A DNA stretch of 64,000 nt from Planctomycetota bacterium (GTDB taxonomy: Bacteria > Planctomycetota > UBA11346), in contig JBBQSO010000002.1 in assembly GCA_038213805.1 (NCBI GenBank), forward strand, positions 32,001 to 96,000, written 5' to 3'. The translations under genes and the position numbers were made by a program. The notes beneath the pieces are model-generated. The model had not been told where the DNA came from. It searched no databases and was given only the letters and a program-made list of their open reading frames with translations. Every line of letters begins with the position of its first letter. The stretch's first letter is position 1. Shown here piece after piece: positions 20,234-30,381 of this stretch.

Positions 20234-21052
20234 ATGAGCACCCATTCTTCCCAGCGCATGCCCGCCTCCGCCTCCGGCCCGGTGCCGATCGTCGTGCATG
20301 GCGCCGCCGGCCGCATGGGCCAGCGCATCCTCACGCTGGCGGCCAACGATCCCGCCTTCCGCGTCGTCGCCGGCGTCGATCGCGTGGTCGGCCGGCTGCG
20401 TGACCTGGGCATCCCCAGTGACGCGCCGCTGCTCACTGAGATGCCCATCGAGAAGGGCGCGGTGGTCATCGACTTCAGCCATCCCGGCAGCTTCAAGGCG
20501 CTCGCCGCGCACTGCGGCACGCATGGCATGCACCTGGTCAGTGGCACCACCGGCATCGCCCCGCTCGAGATCGAGGAAGGCATCGCCGCGGTCGCCAAGC
20601 AGGCCGCCGTGCTCTACGCGCCGAACATGAGCGTCGGCGTCAACGTGGTGTTCCGCATCGCCGCGCAGATCGCACGCACCCTTGGCCTGGACTACGACAT
20701 CGAGGTGGTCGAGGCGCACCACAACCAGAAGGTCGACGCGCCCTCGGGCACCGCCTTCGGCATCACCGACGCGATCTGCGCCGCCACCCACCGCACGCGC
20801 ACCGATCTGGTGCACGGCCGCCAGGGCCAGACCGGCGCGCGCCGCAAGGGCGAGATCGGCGTGCACGCGCTGCGCATGGGCGACGTGGTCGGCGACCACA
20901 CCGCCTACTTCGTCGGCAATGGCGAGCGCATCATGATCAGCCACGTCGCGCACAGCCGCGACATCTTCGTGAAGGGCGCGCTGCGCGCCGCCACCTTCAT
21001 CAGCCGCCAGAAGCCCGGCCGCTATTCGATGGAGCACGTGCTGGGGCTGTGA
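20234..21052 (+). CDS. dapB: 4-hydroxy-tetrahydrodipicolinate reductase
   Basis: GAAGRMG, IDFS, GTTG, NMSVGV and EAHHNQKVDAPSGTA. Confidence 0.97.
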   Translation: MSTHSSQRMPASASGPVPIVVHGAAGRMGQRILTLAANDPAFRVVAGVDRVVGRLRDLGIPSDAPLLTEMPIEKGAVVIDFSHPGSFKALAAHCGTHGMHLVSGTTGIAPLEIEEGIAAVAKQAAVLYAPNMSVGVNVVFRIAAQIARTLGLDYDIEVVEAHHNQKVDAPSGTAFGITDAICAATHRTRTDLVHGRQGQTGARRKGEIGVHALRMGDVVGDHTAYFVGNGERIMISHVAHSRDIFVKGALRAATFISRQKPGRYSMEHVLGL

Positions 21053-21726
21053 GCGGCGCCGCGCGTCCCGCGATCCGCGCGCTGACCGTCGACGCCGCCG
21101 GCACGCTCATCGTCCCCGACCCTGGGGTGGGCGCGGTCTACGCCGAGGTCGCCGCCGCCTGCGGCCTGGTGCGCGATCCAGACGAGCTCGAACGCGCCTT
21201 CCCCGCCGCCTTCGCCGCGACGCGTGCGCGCTGGGGCGTGCCCTACGGCGCCGACGACCGCGATGCGCTGCGCTTCTGGGCCGCGGTCATCGAGGCGACC
21301 TTCGCCGAACCGCTGCCTTACGAACTGGTGTGCGAGCTCTACGACACCTTCGCCACGGCGCGCCGCTGGCGCGTGCTGCCCGGGGCACGCGCATTGTTCG
21401 CGCTGGCCGCCCGGCGCGAGCTGCCGCTGGCGGTGGTCTCAAACTTCGATTGCCGGCTTGAGCCACTGCTGCATGCGCTGGAGCTCGGTCCGTGGGACGC
21501 GCTGGTGGTCAGCACCGAGATCGGCGCGGCCAAGCCCGATCCGGCGCCGCTGCACGCCGCCTGCGCCGCCTTGCGCGTGACCCCGGCCGAGGTCCTGCAT
21601 CTGGGCGACAGCGCCCGCGAGGACGGCGGCATGTGCGCCGCGGCCGGCGCGCGCTGGTTGGAGATAGACCCCGCCGTGGGCATTCCCATCGCCCGGCTCA
21701 CGGCCATGCTCGACGCCCCACCGTGA
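21049..21726 (+). CDS. HAD-superfamily hydrolase (REG-2/HDHD3-like)
   Basis: DAAGTL, VVSNFD, KPDP and HLGD...D motifs. Confidence 0.88.
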   Translation: MSGAARPAIRALTVDAAGTLIVPDPGVGAVYAEVAAACGLVRDPDELERAFPAAFAATRARWGVPYGADDRDALRFWAAVIEATFAEPLPYELVCELYDTFATARRWRVLPGARALFALAARRELPLAVVSNFDCRLEPLLHALELGPWDALVVSTEIGAAKPDPAPLHAACAALRVTPAEVLHLGDSAREDGGMCAAAGARWLEIDPAVGIPIARLTAMLDAPP

Positions 21727-22742
21727 CCGCTCCCGCGCCCGCTCCCTCCACCGGCCACCCCACCGGTACCGCCCCCTCGCTTGCCGTGGCCGTGCGCCTG
21801 CCCAACTGGGTGGGCGACGTGGCGATGGCGCTGCCCGCGCTCGCGCTGCTGCGCGCGCACGGCCACCGCCTGCACCTGTTCGGCCGCGGCTGGGCGCGCG
21901 ACCTGCTGGCCGGCACGCCCGACACCGTCAGCGCGTTGCCCACGGGCGGCGCGGCGGTGCGCGCGGCGGTGCGCGCCGCGCTGCGCGCCAGCGGCGCGCG
22001 CGATGGCCTGCTGCTCACCAATTCGTTCTCCAGCGCCTGGCAGATGCGCCGGGCGGGGGTGCGCGCCACCGGCTACCGCGGCGATCTGCGCGGCCTGCTC
22101 CTTGCCCAGGCCCTGCCGCGCCCACGCGGTGGGCACGAGGTCGAGGCCTTCTGGGCGCTGGCGCGCGCGCTGTGCGCACGGCTCGCGCCGGATGCGCCCG
22201 CCGCTGCCGCCGCTCCGCCCGCGACCCTCGCGCTGCCGCTCGCTGCTGCCCATCGGAGCGCCGCAGAGACCGCCCTCGCCAACGCAGGTCTGCGTGCCGG
22301 CGAACCCTACAGCGTGCTCTGTCCGCTCGCCGTCGGCACGGTGCGCGGCCAGAGCAAGCAATGGCCGTCGTTCCCGCTGCTCGCACGGCTGTGCGCCGAG
22401 CACGGCGCGGTGGTCGCGTGCCCCGGCCCCGGCGAAGAGGCGGCCTGCGCCGCGGCGCTGCCCGGCGCGACCCTGCTGCCCGGCCTGGGCCTGGGCGCCT
22501 ACGCCGCGGTGCTGGCCGGGGCGCGCCGGGTGGTCGCCAATGACTCCGGCCCCATGCACCTCGCCGCCGCCGTCGGCGTGCCGGTGCTCGGCATCTTCGG
22601 CGTCACCGCCCCCGCCCGCACCCGCCCCTGGTCCGCGCTCGGCGCCAGCGTCGGCGACGGCCGCGGCTGGCCGGCGGTGCGCGCGGTGTGGGAGGCGGTC
22701 CAGCGCCTGCCAGCCGCCGCGCGCGAGGATGGCCTGCCATGA
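21723..22742 (+). CDS. Glycosyltransferase family 9 (LPS heptosyltransferase II-like)
   Basis: RLPNWVGDVAMALP, SKQW and NDSGPMHLAAAVGVP..IFG; GTG start overlaps the HAD stop. Confidence 0.9.
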   Translation: MTAPAPAPSTGHPTGTAPSLAVAVRLPNWVGDVAMALPALALLRAHGHRLHLFGRGWARDLLAGTPDTVSALPTGGAAVRAAVRAALRASGARDGLLLTNSFSSAWQMRRAGVRATGYRGDLRGLLLAQALPRPRGGHEVEAFWALARALCARLAPDAPAAAAAPPATLALPLAAAHRSAAETALANAGLRAGEPYSVLCPLAVGTVRGQSKQWPSFPLLARLCAEHGAVVACPGPGEEAACAAALPGATLLPGLGLGAYAAVLAGARRVVANDSGPMHLAAAVGVPVLGIFGVTAPARTRPWSALGASVGDGRGWPAVRAVWEAVQRLPAAAREDGLP

Positions 22743-23377
22743 GACCCATCCTGATCGTCGGCGGCGCGCCGCGCATCGCGGTCGACGCGGTGCGCCACCT
22801 GACCATGGCGGCGAGCGGCGCCACGGCCGTGGCCCTGCGCGCGCGCCTGGTGGCCGCCGGCGCCGGCGCGGCGCTGCTGCTGAGCGGCGACGCCGCACCC
22901 GGCATCGCGGAGGCGCAGCGCTTCGCCGACCGCCCCGCCCTGGAAGCCGCGCTGCAGGCCTGGATCGCCGACCACCCGGACGGCGTGGTGGTGATGTCGG
23001 CCGCGGTCAACGACTACGCGGTGGCCGCGGTCGAGCTGCACCAGGGTGGCGCGGTCCGCACCTTCCCACCGGGCGCCAAGATCCCGTCGCAGGGCGACGA
23101 ACTGGTCATCCGCCTGCGCCCGGCGACCAAGCTCATCGACCGCTTCCGCGCCTGGGGCCTGCGCGGCCACATCGTCGGGTTCAAGTACGAGGACCGCGCC
23201 ACCGTCGTAGCCGGCGCCACGGCGCTGCTCCAGCGCACCGGCGTGGCGCTGGTGGTGGCCAACAGCCTGTGCGGCACCCTCCAGGCCCTGGTCGATGCCG
23301 GCGGCGAGCGCGCCTTCCCCGACCGCGAGGCCCTGCTCGACGCGCTCTGTGCGCGTATCCTCGCGCTCGCGGCGTGA
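22739..23377 (+). CDS. coaB: Stand-alone phosphopantothenate-cysteine ligase-like protein (CoaB/DFP domain)
   Basis: VDAVR, SG, SAAVNDY, KIPS, VGFKYE and VVAN; no CoaC flavoprotein domain. Confidence 0.75.
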   Translation: MRPILIVGGAPRIAVDAVRHLTMAASGATAVALRARLVAAGAGAALLLSGDAAPGIAEAQRFADRPALEAALQAWIADHPDGVVVMSAAVNDYAVAAVELHQGGAVRTFPPGAKIPSQGDELVIRLRPATKLIDRFRAWGLRGHIVGFKYEDRATVVAGATALLQRTGVALVVANSLCGTLQALVDAGGERAFPDREALLDALCARILALAA

Positions 23378-23520
23378 CGCGCCTGCGGGTCCATGCGGAC
23401 CGTCCCCAAGGGCTGGTGGAGGGTCACTCGGACGGCTCCCAGTGACCGGCTGTCGCCTCAAGTAGGCCCCATCGTGGCCGATACTGCCATGCGGCCCAGG
23501 TGCGGGTCCGGGGAGGCCTC

Positions 23521-25326
23521 ATGGACGCAGCGGAACAGGGCCCAGCGCAGGAGCGCCTCGACCAGGCAGAGAAGCGGCTCGCCGCGCTCGCCGACCTGGG
23601 CGTCGACATCGCTGCGCTGCGCAGCCAGCTCGCCTTCGCCCGCACCCGCCTCGCCGAAGACCATCCCGAAGAGGTCGCCGGCATCTGCGACGAGGTGCTG
23701 GCCACCGCGCGCCGCCTTACCGCCGGCGCGCCCGCCGGCGACGGGCGCGTCCGCAGCGCGCGCTTCACCCGCGACCAGTTCGCCGAAGAGCTGCGCAATG
23801 TGCTCAGCCACGGCATGCTCGCGCAGCTGCTCGCCGAACAGCGCCAGGGCCCCGACCCGCGCGTCGAAGGACGCCTGCAGGCACACGAACAGGCGCTGCG
23901 CGCCGCGCTCGCGGAAGGCCTCGCCGAGGAGGGCCGCGCGCGCAGCCAGCTGGCCAGCGACCTGAACGAGCTGCGCGAGGCGCAGCGCACTGCGCGCGAG
24001 GAACTGCTCGCCCTCGACCAGGCGCGCCGCCAAGGGCAGGGTGAGTTGCGCCAGCTGCTCAGCGACCTGCGCCGCGAGCGCGGCAACGTCACCCCGGTCG
24101 CAGCGCCGGCCAGCGCCGCCCCCGTCGCCGCCGCGGCGCTCGACGTCGCTGCGCTCACCCAGGCCATGCGCGCCGCGCTCGAGGCCGGCGCCACCCGCCA
24201 GGAACAGCTGGTCGGCGGCCTTGAGCGCGGCCTCGCCCAACTCGGCGAGCGCCTCGCCACGGCGGTCGACGCCATGCGCCAGCCGCCAGCTGCCGCCCCT
24301 GAGGCGCTCAGCGCGATGGTGCGCCAGCAGCCGTCGAGCATGCGCACGCAGCGCGTCGATCCCCCCAGCATGCGCACCACGGCGCTGCCCGCGCCGGCCA
24401 CCGGCAGCCTCCACCTCGAGCTGCCCGACACCGCCGACGTGGTCGCCGAGGACGCGGACATGGTCGTGATGGACGACGAACCGCACGACCTGGCCATGCT
24501 GGCGGGGGATGAGTCCGTCCACGCTGCTGCGCAGTCCGTCCCGACTCCTGCAGCGGTCGCGCCCGCGAGCGCGGCCAACGACTACATGGATCTCGAGTTG
24601 ATGACCCTCGGCGGCGCGCCGCGGGGTGACGCCCCAGCCGTCACGAACCCCACGGCGGCGGCGTCCGCGCCGGCCATGGGCATGGGCGCCGAGTCCGCCT
24701 CCGCGAGTGGCCGAGACGCGGCGCGTGCGCCAACCCCGCCGGTCGCGGACGGCGACCTCGTGCTGAGCGACGAGCCGTCGGCTGCGGCGCACGTCCCGGT
24801 CGCAGCGACCCGGATGGACGCCTTGGACCTAGTCGGTGAGCCGCCCGTGGGTGAACACCAGACCACCAGGTCGTACCATGCCGCTTCGACCCGCACCGAG
24901 AAGCCCGTCGCCGCCGCAACGGGCTCGGCCGCGCTGCGTGCTGCGGTCACCGCCGCGGTCGCGGCCCAGCTCGCGGAGCACCTCGGCGACGCTGCCGGCT
25001 TCGACGAGGCGCGCGTGCGCACGCTGATCGCCGAGGACGCCGAGCGGCGCCAGGCGACGCCCCCCGGTGGCACCCGCACCGGCCCCGGCGCGCGCGGCGA
25101 TGGCGGGTCGCGCATGACCGACAGCGAGATGCGCCAGACCCTGGTGCGCCTGCTGCCCGAGGTGCTGCGCGATGAACGCGTGCGCCAGCCGCTGCTCGCG
25201 CTCATCGCCCTGGAGGCGGTCGGCAATCCCGGCGCGCTCGGCGAACTGACCGGGCTGCGCTCCTTCCTGCGCCGCGAGCTGACCATCGCGGCCGGCGAGC
25301 TGTCCCACGACAGCGCCGGGGTCTGA
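23521..25326 (+). CDS. Hypothetical protein: coiled-coil N-terminus, low-complexity middle, helical C-terminal domain
   Basis: Long ORF with host-like codon usage; GGGAGG SD before ATG 23521. Confidence 0.75.
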   Translation: MDAAEQGPAQERLDQAEKRLAALADLGVDIAALRSQLAFARTRLAEDHPEEVAGICDEVLATARRLTAGAPAGDGRVRSARFTRDQFAEELRNVLSHGMLAQLLAEQRQGPDPRVEGRLQAHEQALRAALAEGLAEEGRARSQLASDLNELREAQRTAREELLALDQARRQGQGELRQLLSDLRRERGNVTPVAAPASAAPVAAAALDVAALTQAMRAALEAGATRQEQLVGGLERGLAQLGERLATAVDAMRQPPAAAPEALSAMVRQQPSSMRTQRVDPPSMRTTALPAPATGSLHLELPDTADVVAEDADMVVMDDEPHDLAMLAGDESVHAAAQSVPTPAAVAPASAANDYMDLELMTLGGAPRGDAPAVTNPTAAASAPAMGMGAESASASGRDAARAPTPPVADGDLVLSDEPSAAAHVPVAATRMDALDLVGEPPVGEHQTTRSYHAASTRTEKPVAAATGSAALRAAVTAAVAAQLAEHLGDAAGFDEARVRTLIAEDAERRQATPPGGTRTGPGARGDGGSRMTDSEMRQTLVRLLPEVLRDERVRQPLLALIALEAVGNPGALGELTGLRSFLRRELTIAAGELSHDSAGV

Positions 25327-25450
25327 GGTGGCGCGTGCGGGCCTCGGCCCGGAGCACGGCCGGACGGGGCCCGAACCGCGTGCCCCGCAGCCGTCGGCAG
25401 GAGCCCCGGCGAGCCCTGGAATTTTTCACGACGGGCGCATAGTGCAGCGC

Positions 25451-26968
25451 ATGGAGCGTTCACCCCAGCGGGTCCCGACCGATCTCGCCGAGCGCATCCC
25501 GCTAGGCATTTGCACGTTCGCGGGCGATGACAAGCTGCTTTTCGCCAACGCCCACGCGCGCCGGCTGCTCGACGCGCCGGTGCCGCGCGGCGAACTGCGC
25601 CGCGACCTCATCGCGCGGCTCGGCGAGGGCTGCTCGGGTCTGTTCAATCTGACGCCAGGCCAGCGCCTGGTGGTGCCGGTCGCCGGCCGCCTGCTTGAGG
25701 TCGACTGCCAGGAGACCGACAACAGCGGCTTGCTCTGGGTGGTCAGCGACCAGAGCATCGAATTGCGTCTGCGCGCCCAGCTCGCCGAAGAGGCGAGCTT
25801 CCTGGCGCACAGCCACGAGGCCTTCCTGGTCGTCGACCTGGGCGGCACCATCCGCTACGCCAACGAGTACTGCGAGCGCGAGCGCGGCTTCCCGCCCGGC
25901 GGCATGGTCGGGCTCAAGCTCGCCGAACTCGAGAAGCCCTGCGGCGCGACCTACGAGAACCCCACCGATCTGCGCGAGGCCGACCTGCAGGTGCGCCTCA
26001 GCGAAGTGGTGCGCGGCGGCGGCGTCTACCGCTACAACGCCTGGCACCACCACCGCGACCGCGCCGCGCGCCACCCGGTCGAGGTCAACATGCGCCCGCA
26101 CCGGCTCAGCACCGAGACCGTGGTGCTGACCACCGCGCACGACGACAGCCGCCGCCTGATGCACCTCCAGGCGCTGTCCCAGGCCAAGGGCGAGGCCGAG
26201 GCCGCGAACCGCGCCAAGTCCGCCTTCCTGGCCATCACCAGCCATGAACTGCGCACGCCGCTGACTGGCATCATCGGTTTCTGCGAACTCCTCCAGCTCG
26301 AGCGCAGCGACGAGAACCCGCAGGCGCAGAAGTACCTCAAGCTGATCGCCGAGTCTTCGCACTCGCTGCTGGCGATCATCAACGACATCCTCGACTTCTC
26401 GAAGATCGAATCGCGCACCCTTGAGATCCGCCCGGTGCGCGTCGACGCCGAGCAGGTTCTGGACATCACCGCCCAATTGTGGAAGGAGCGCGCCGCGGCG
26501 CGCGGCCTCAAGCTGGTGCGCCGGGCGAGCGTGGGCGAGCGCATCGAACTGGTCAGCGACCCGCTGCGCTTGCGCCAGATGCTCGACAACATGGTCGGCA
26601 ACGCGATCAAGTTCACCGAGCGCGGGCGCATCGAGATCGGCATCACCTACCAGCCCGACCTGGTCGAGTTCAGCGTCAGCGACACCGGCTGCGGCATCAG
26701 CCAGGCCGCGCAGGCCAACCTCTTCCAAGCCTTCTGGCAGGCCGCCGACGCCACCACGCGCGCCGCCGGCGGCGCCGGCCTCGGATTGTACATCTGCCGC
26801 AACCTCGCCGATCTGCTGGGCGGCAGCGTGTGGCTGGCGGACAGCTCCACATCCGGCAGCACCTTCAAGCTGGCGCTGCCGCTGATCTGTACCGGGCGGT
26901 TCAATGCGCGGGTGCGTACGTCGGGGATGTGGGTGCGGGGGCCGCGGGTGGGGGAAGGGCTGGGTTAG
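25451..26968 (+). CDS. PAS-domain sensor histidine kinase (soluble, no receiver)
   Basis: Two PAS-like segments, KSAFLAITSHELRTPL, NMVGNAIKFT, DTGCGI, LFQAF and GAGLGL. Confidence 0.93.
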   Translation: MERSPQRVPTDLAERIPLGICTFAGDDKLLFANAHARRLLDAPVPRGELRRDLIARLGEGCSGLFNLTPGQRLVVPVAGRLLEVDCQETDNSGLLWVVSDQSIELRLRAQLAEEASFLAHSHEAFLVVDLGGTIRYANEYCERERGFPPGGMVGLKLAELEKPCGATYENPTDLREADLQVRLSEVVRGGGVYRYNAWHHHRDRAARHPVEVNMRPHRLSTETVVLTTAHDDSRRLMHLQALSQAKGEAEAANRAKSAFLAITSHELRTPLTGIIGFCELLQLERSDENPQAQKYLKLIAESSHSLLAIINDILDFSKIESRTLEIRPVRVDAEQVLDITAQLWKERAAARGLKLVRRASVGERIELVSDPLRLRQMLDNMVGNAIKFTERGRIEIGITYQPDLVEFSVSDTGCGISQAAQANLFQAFWQAADATTRAAGGAGLGLYICRNLADLLGGSVWLADSSTSGSTFKLALPLICTGRFNARVRTSGMWVRGPRVGEGLG

Positions 26969-28329
26969 GGCGCAGCCGTCGGGTGGAAGCGCACGATGGC
27001 GGCGATGGCCGCGGCCCGCACCGCCTCGTCGACGTCGCCGAGTCGGGCGAGCAATGCTGCGTCTACAGCCTGGTCCCCGGCGTCCGCCACGGCGGCGATG
27101 GCCGCGCTCCGCACTGCAGCGACCGGATCGTCGCAGGCGGCGACCAGCGCGCTCACGGCCGCCGGCGCGTGGACACCCGCCAATGACCTGGTCGCGAGCA
27201 CGCGGGCCGACGGACCATCGCCATCGGCGCGGGAGGCCAGCACGGCGGCTAGCGCAGCGACCGCACCCGGCGCCGCCGAGTGGGCGAGGCCGGTGATGGC
27301 CTCCGCGCGCGTCAGCTCGTCCCACGTACGCTCGTGAACCATCTCGGCGAGGGCTTGCTGGATACGCGGCCCGGATAGTGCGGCGAGCACACGGACGACA
27401 TCGCGACGCGATGGCCCCGGTTGCGGCGCGAGCGCGACCAGCAGCCATGGGACGGCCGGCTCCAGGCAGCCGGGTTCGGCGGACGCGAATTCGAGCAGGG
27501 CATCGCCCGCGTTCAGGCGCACGTCCTCATCCGCATCGATGAGCAGCTCCGCGACCTTCCTGGCGCACTCGCCAGTGCCGAGCGTGCGCAGCAGGCCGAT
27601 CCCGAAGATACGCATCCCCGCGTCCGGATGCGCGAGCAGCGTCACCACGACCGCCGCCGCCGGGCGCGCCTGGCCGGCAGCACGAAGGCGCTCGGCCATC
27701 AACCACGCGTCCGGGCCATCGTACTCCCCCACCACGCCCGCCGGGGCCGGTGGCGAGTTCCGCGGATCGCAGCCGGAAAGCACTGGTCCAAGCCCCGTCC
27801 AATCGCTGTTGGACGCCAGCCAGTCCAGCAGCACCTTCCGCTCCTGCCCCTGCGCCCCAACCAGCGCCGCGATCACCAGGGGCGTGGCCGCGGCCGCGTG
27901 AATCTCTGGCAGCGCACTGCGCGCCGCCTCGCGCAGGTTGAGGTCGGGATCCCCGAGCATGCCGAGCAGCGGCGCCATCGCCGCGTCGTAGGGATGGTGG
28001 GCGAGGCAGGTGGCGGCGATCCAGCGCACCCGTGCATCGGGATGGTCCAATGCGCTGGTGAGCCCCGCGCCCGGCGCGCCCGGCCAATCGCGCAGACGCC
28101 GGTCCAGGACATCATCGTACTGGGCCTGCACCGCCGCCGCGCGCAGCAGCGGGTCGAGCCATGGAGAATGCTCCTCGACCCACTCAGGGGCCCAGCGCGG
28201 CAGCTGCCACCACAGCAGGGCTGCGACTCCCATCAGGCCGCTCAGCACGACGCCGCCTGCGATCGCCCAGCCCGCGGGTGCCCACCGACCGGACAGCATC
28301 ACCCCAGGCGTCGTCACCCGAACCACCAT
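26965..28329 (-). CDS. Membrane-anchored HEAT-repeat protein (paralogue 1)
   Basis: N-terminal TM, LPRWAPEWVEEHSPWLDPLLRAA, repeated L.D.D..VR..A units. Confidence 0.85.
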   Translation of the reverse strand: MVVRVTTPGVMLSGRWAPAGWAIAGGVVLSGLMGVAALLWWQLPRWAPEWVEEHSPWLDPLLRAAAVQAQYDDVLDRRLRDWPGAPGAGLTSALDHPDARVRWIAATCLAHHPYDAAMAPLLGMLGDPDLNLREAARSALPEIHAAAATPLVIAALVGAQGQERKVLLDWLASNSDWTGLGPVLSGCDPRNSPPAPAGVVGEYDGPDAWLMAERLRAAGQARPAAAVVVTLLAHPDAGMRIFGIGLLRTLGTGECARKVAELLIDADEDVRLNAGDALLEFASAEPGCLEPAVPWLLVALAPQPGPSRRDVVRVLAALSGPRIQQALAEMVHERTWDELTRAEAITGLAHSAAPGAVAALAAVLASRADGDGPSARVLATRSLAGVHAPAAVSALVAACDDPVAAVRSAAIAAVADAGDQAVDAALLARLGDVDEAVRAAAIAAIVRFHPTAAP

Positions 28330-28544
28330 AGCCCTGGCGTGGATTCCGCACCCGCGGCCACCGCGTCATCACTTCCCGCTGCGTGCCGCATCGTGTCAAT
28401 GATCGCCGCGTTCCCGGATGGTCAATGGACACCGCGAAACGGCAATGCCTGCGCTCTCGGCGGGATCTGGGGCAGAGGGCGCTGCGATGGGACGGCCAGC
28501 ACCACGCGGTGGCGTGTGCGGCCCGCTCTGCAGGTACCGCGAGA

Positions 28545-30191
28545 TCAGGGCGCTGCATGTTCGTCAGCCGGCGCAGGTGCACCAGCTGGCGCGGTCGGTG
28601 CCGGAATGGTTCGGCGGTCCGCGTCGCGGCGGCCGGCCATCGCGGCAAGCACTGCGCGCTGCGCAGTGTCGAGCGGCATATCCACGGCGGTCAGTTCATC
28701 GTAGGCACTCATCCACAACGGGATGACCGCGGCCGGCTCCTCCGCCAGCGCCACATCGCGCTCAGCACCCGCGACCAGCGCGACCAGCGCCGCGATGCCT
28801 GGCGGGTGACGGCGCGCCGCGATGCTTTCGACGGCGGTGTCCCGTACCGCTTCGTCCGAGTCGCGGAGGCGCGCGATCATGGCGGCGTCGACGTTCGGGT
28901 CATCCGCTTCAACCAGGCCCGCGACCGCTTCGAGGCGAACCTCCGCGACCGCGTCGGTGCACGCCTCGAGCAGCGCGCGTTCGGCGGATGCGGTGCGAGC
29001 GCCGCCCAGGCCTCTGGCCGCGAGCTGGCGCGCCGGCAGGCCGTCGCCCGCGCCGTCCGCCAGCACATCGATGAGCAGGGCAAGGACCTCGGGAGCGGTG
29101 GGGCGGGCGAGTCCTTCGAGGGCCTTCAGGCGCGTCGGCGCGTCCCAATCACGCGACCGCACGCAGGCGGCGAGTGCATTCTGGGCACGGATCCCGGCAG
29201 CGGCGGCAAGCACGCGCGCCACCTGCAACCGCTCCGGACCTGGCTGCGGCGCGAGCTGGCGGACCAGCAGCGGCACGGCCGCCGCCAAGCAGCCCGGCGT
29301 CTCGGCGGCGAGCTCGAGCAACGCATCCCCGGCGGCCGTGCGGACCTGGGCATCAGCGTCGACCAGCCGCTCCGCCACGCGCGGCACCTGCCGCGCGGCG
29401 CCCAGCGCGCGCAGCAACTCGATGCCCACGCAACGCCAGTCCGCCTGGGCGTGCGTGAGCAGCGGCACGATGCCCGCCGCCGCCCGCTCGCCCTGGCCGC
29501 TGTCGTGCAGGCGCTCGACCATGGCCCAGACCGCCTGATCGAAATCGGAGGTGGAGTGCCGATAGCGCCGGGGCACCGGCACCGGATCGAGCCGGAGCGC
29601 ACCCACCGGGTCCATGCGCTCCACCACCAGGCGCAATCCCGACCAATCGCCTTTTTCAGCGAGCCAGCCGATCAGCAGCGCGGCCGCCGCGACGTCGGCA
29701 TGCGGCAATGCGGCCATCACCTGCGCGGTGTCTGCCTCCTGCGCGATCTGGCTCACCGCGTAGGCGGCGGCTTCGCGCAGCTCAAGGTCCGGCTCGCCGA
29801 TATTGCGTAGCAGGGGCGCCAGCGCCGCTGCATCCGGGAACGAGGCCAGGCAACGCGCCGCGATCACCCGCACGCGCAGGTCTGGGTGGTCGAGTGCCCG
29901 AATCAGCGTCGGTGTGATCGGGTCCGGCCAATGGCTCAGGCGCGGCCAAATGATGTCGTCTCCAAGCTCGTGCGTAGTCTCGCTGCGCACGGCCGCCGCG
30001 CGCAGCACGGGCTCCAGCCACGGCGACCGCCGCTCGACCCAGACCGGGGCCCAGCGCGGCAGGAAGGTCCACAGCACCGCCGCTACCGCCAGGAGCCCGG
30101 CCAGCATCGCTGTGCCGGCAACCACCCAGCCGGCAACATGCCGGCTGCCACCCGCCGTCGGCGGATTCGCTGTCGCTGGGCGCTGGACCAT
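28545..30191 (-). CDS. Membrane-anchored HEAT-repeat protein (paralogue 2)
   Basis: N-terminal TM, LPRWAPVWVERRSPWLEPVLRAA, HEAT units. Confidence 0.85.
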   Translation of the reverse strand: MVQRPATANPPTAGGSRHVAGWVVAGTAMLAGLLAVAAVLWTFLPRWAPVWVERRSPWLEPVLRAAAVRSETTHELGDDIIWPRLSHWPDPITPTLIRALDHPDLRVRVIAARCLASFPDAAALAPLLRNIGEPDLELREAAAYAVSQIAQEADTAQVMAALPHADVAAAALLIGWLAEKGDWSGLRLVVERMDPVGALRLDPVPVPRRYRHSTSDFDQAVWAMVERLHDSGQGERAAAGIVPLLTHAQADWRCVGIELLRALGAARQVPRVAERLVDADAQVRTAAGDALLELAAETPGCLAAAVPLLVRQLAPQPGPERLQVARVLAAAAGIRAQNALAACVRSRDWDAPTRLKALEGLARPTAPEVLALLIDVLADGAGDGLPARQLAARGLGGARTASAERALLEACTDAVAEVRLEAVAGLVEADDPNVDAAMIARLRDSDEAVRDTAVESIAARRHPPGIAALVALVAGAERDVALAEEPAAVIPLWMSAYDELTAVDMPLDTAQRAVLAAMAGRRDADRRTIPAPTAPAGAPAPADEHAAP

Positions 30192-30381
30192 ACCGTACCT
30201 TCGCCACCGGCCGATGGGGTCAACCGCCGATGAGCGGGTGCAATCCGCGGGCCACGGGCCACGGGCCGCGCGCGGCGCGTCATCCCGCAGGCTCCCGTCC
30301 TTGCAGCGGCGCGGCGTCGCGAAAGCACTGTCCCGGCGGCGAGCCGCCAGCCGACGGGTGGTCGGCGGCCGCCGCCCGAGG

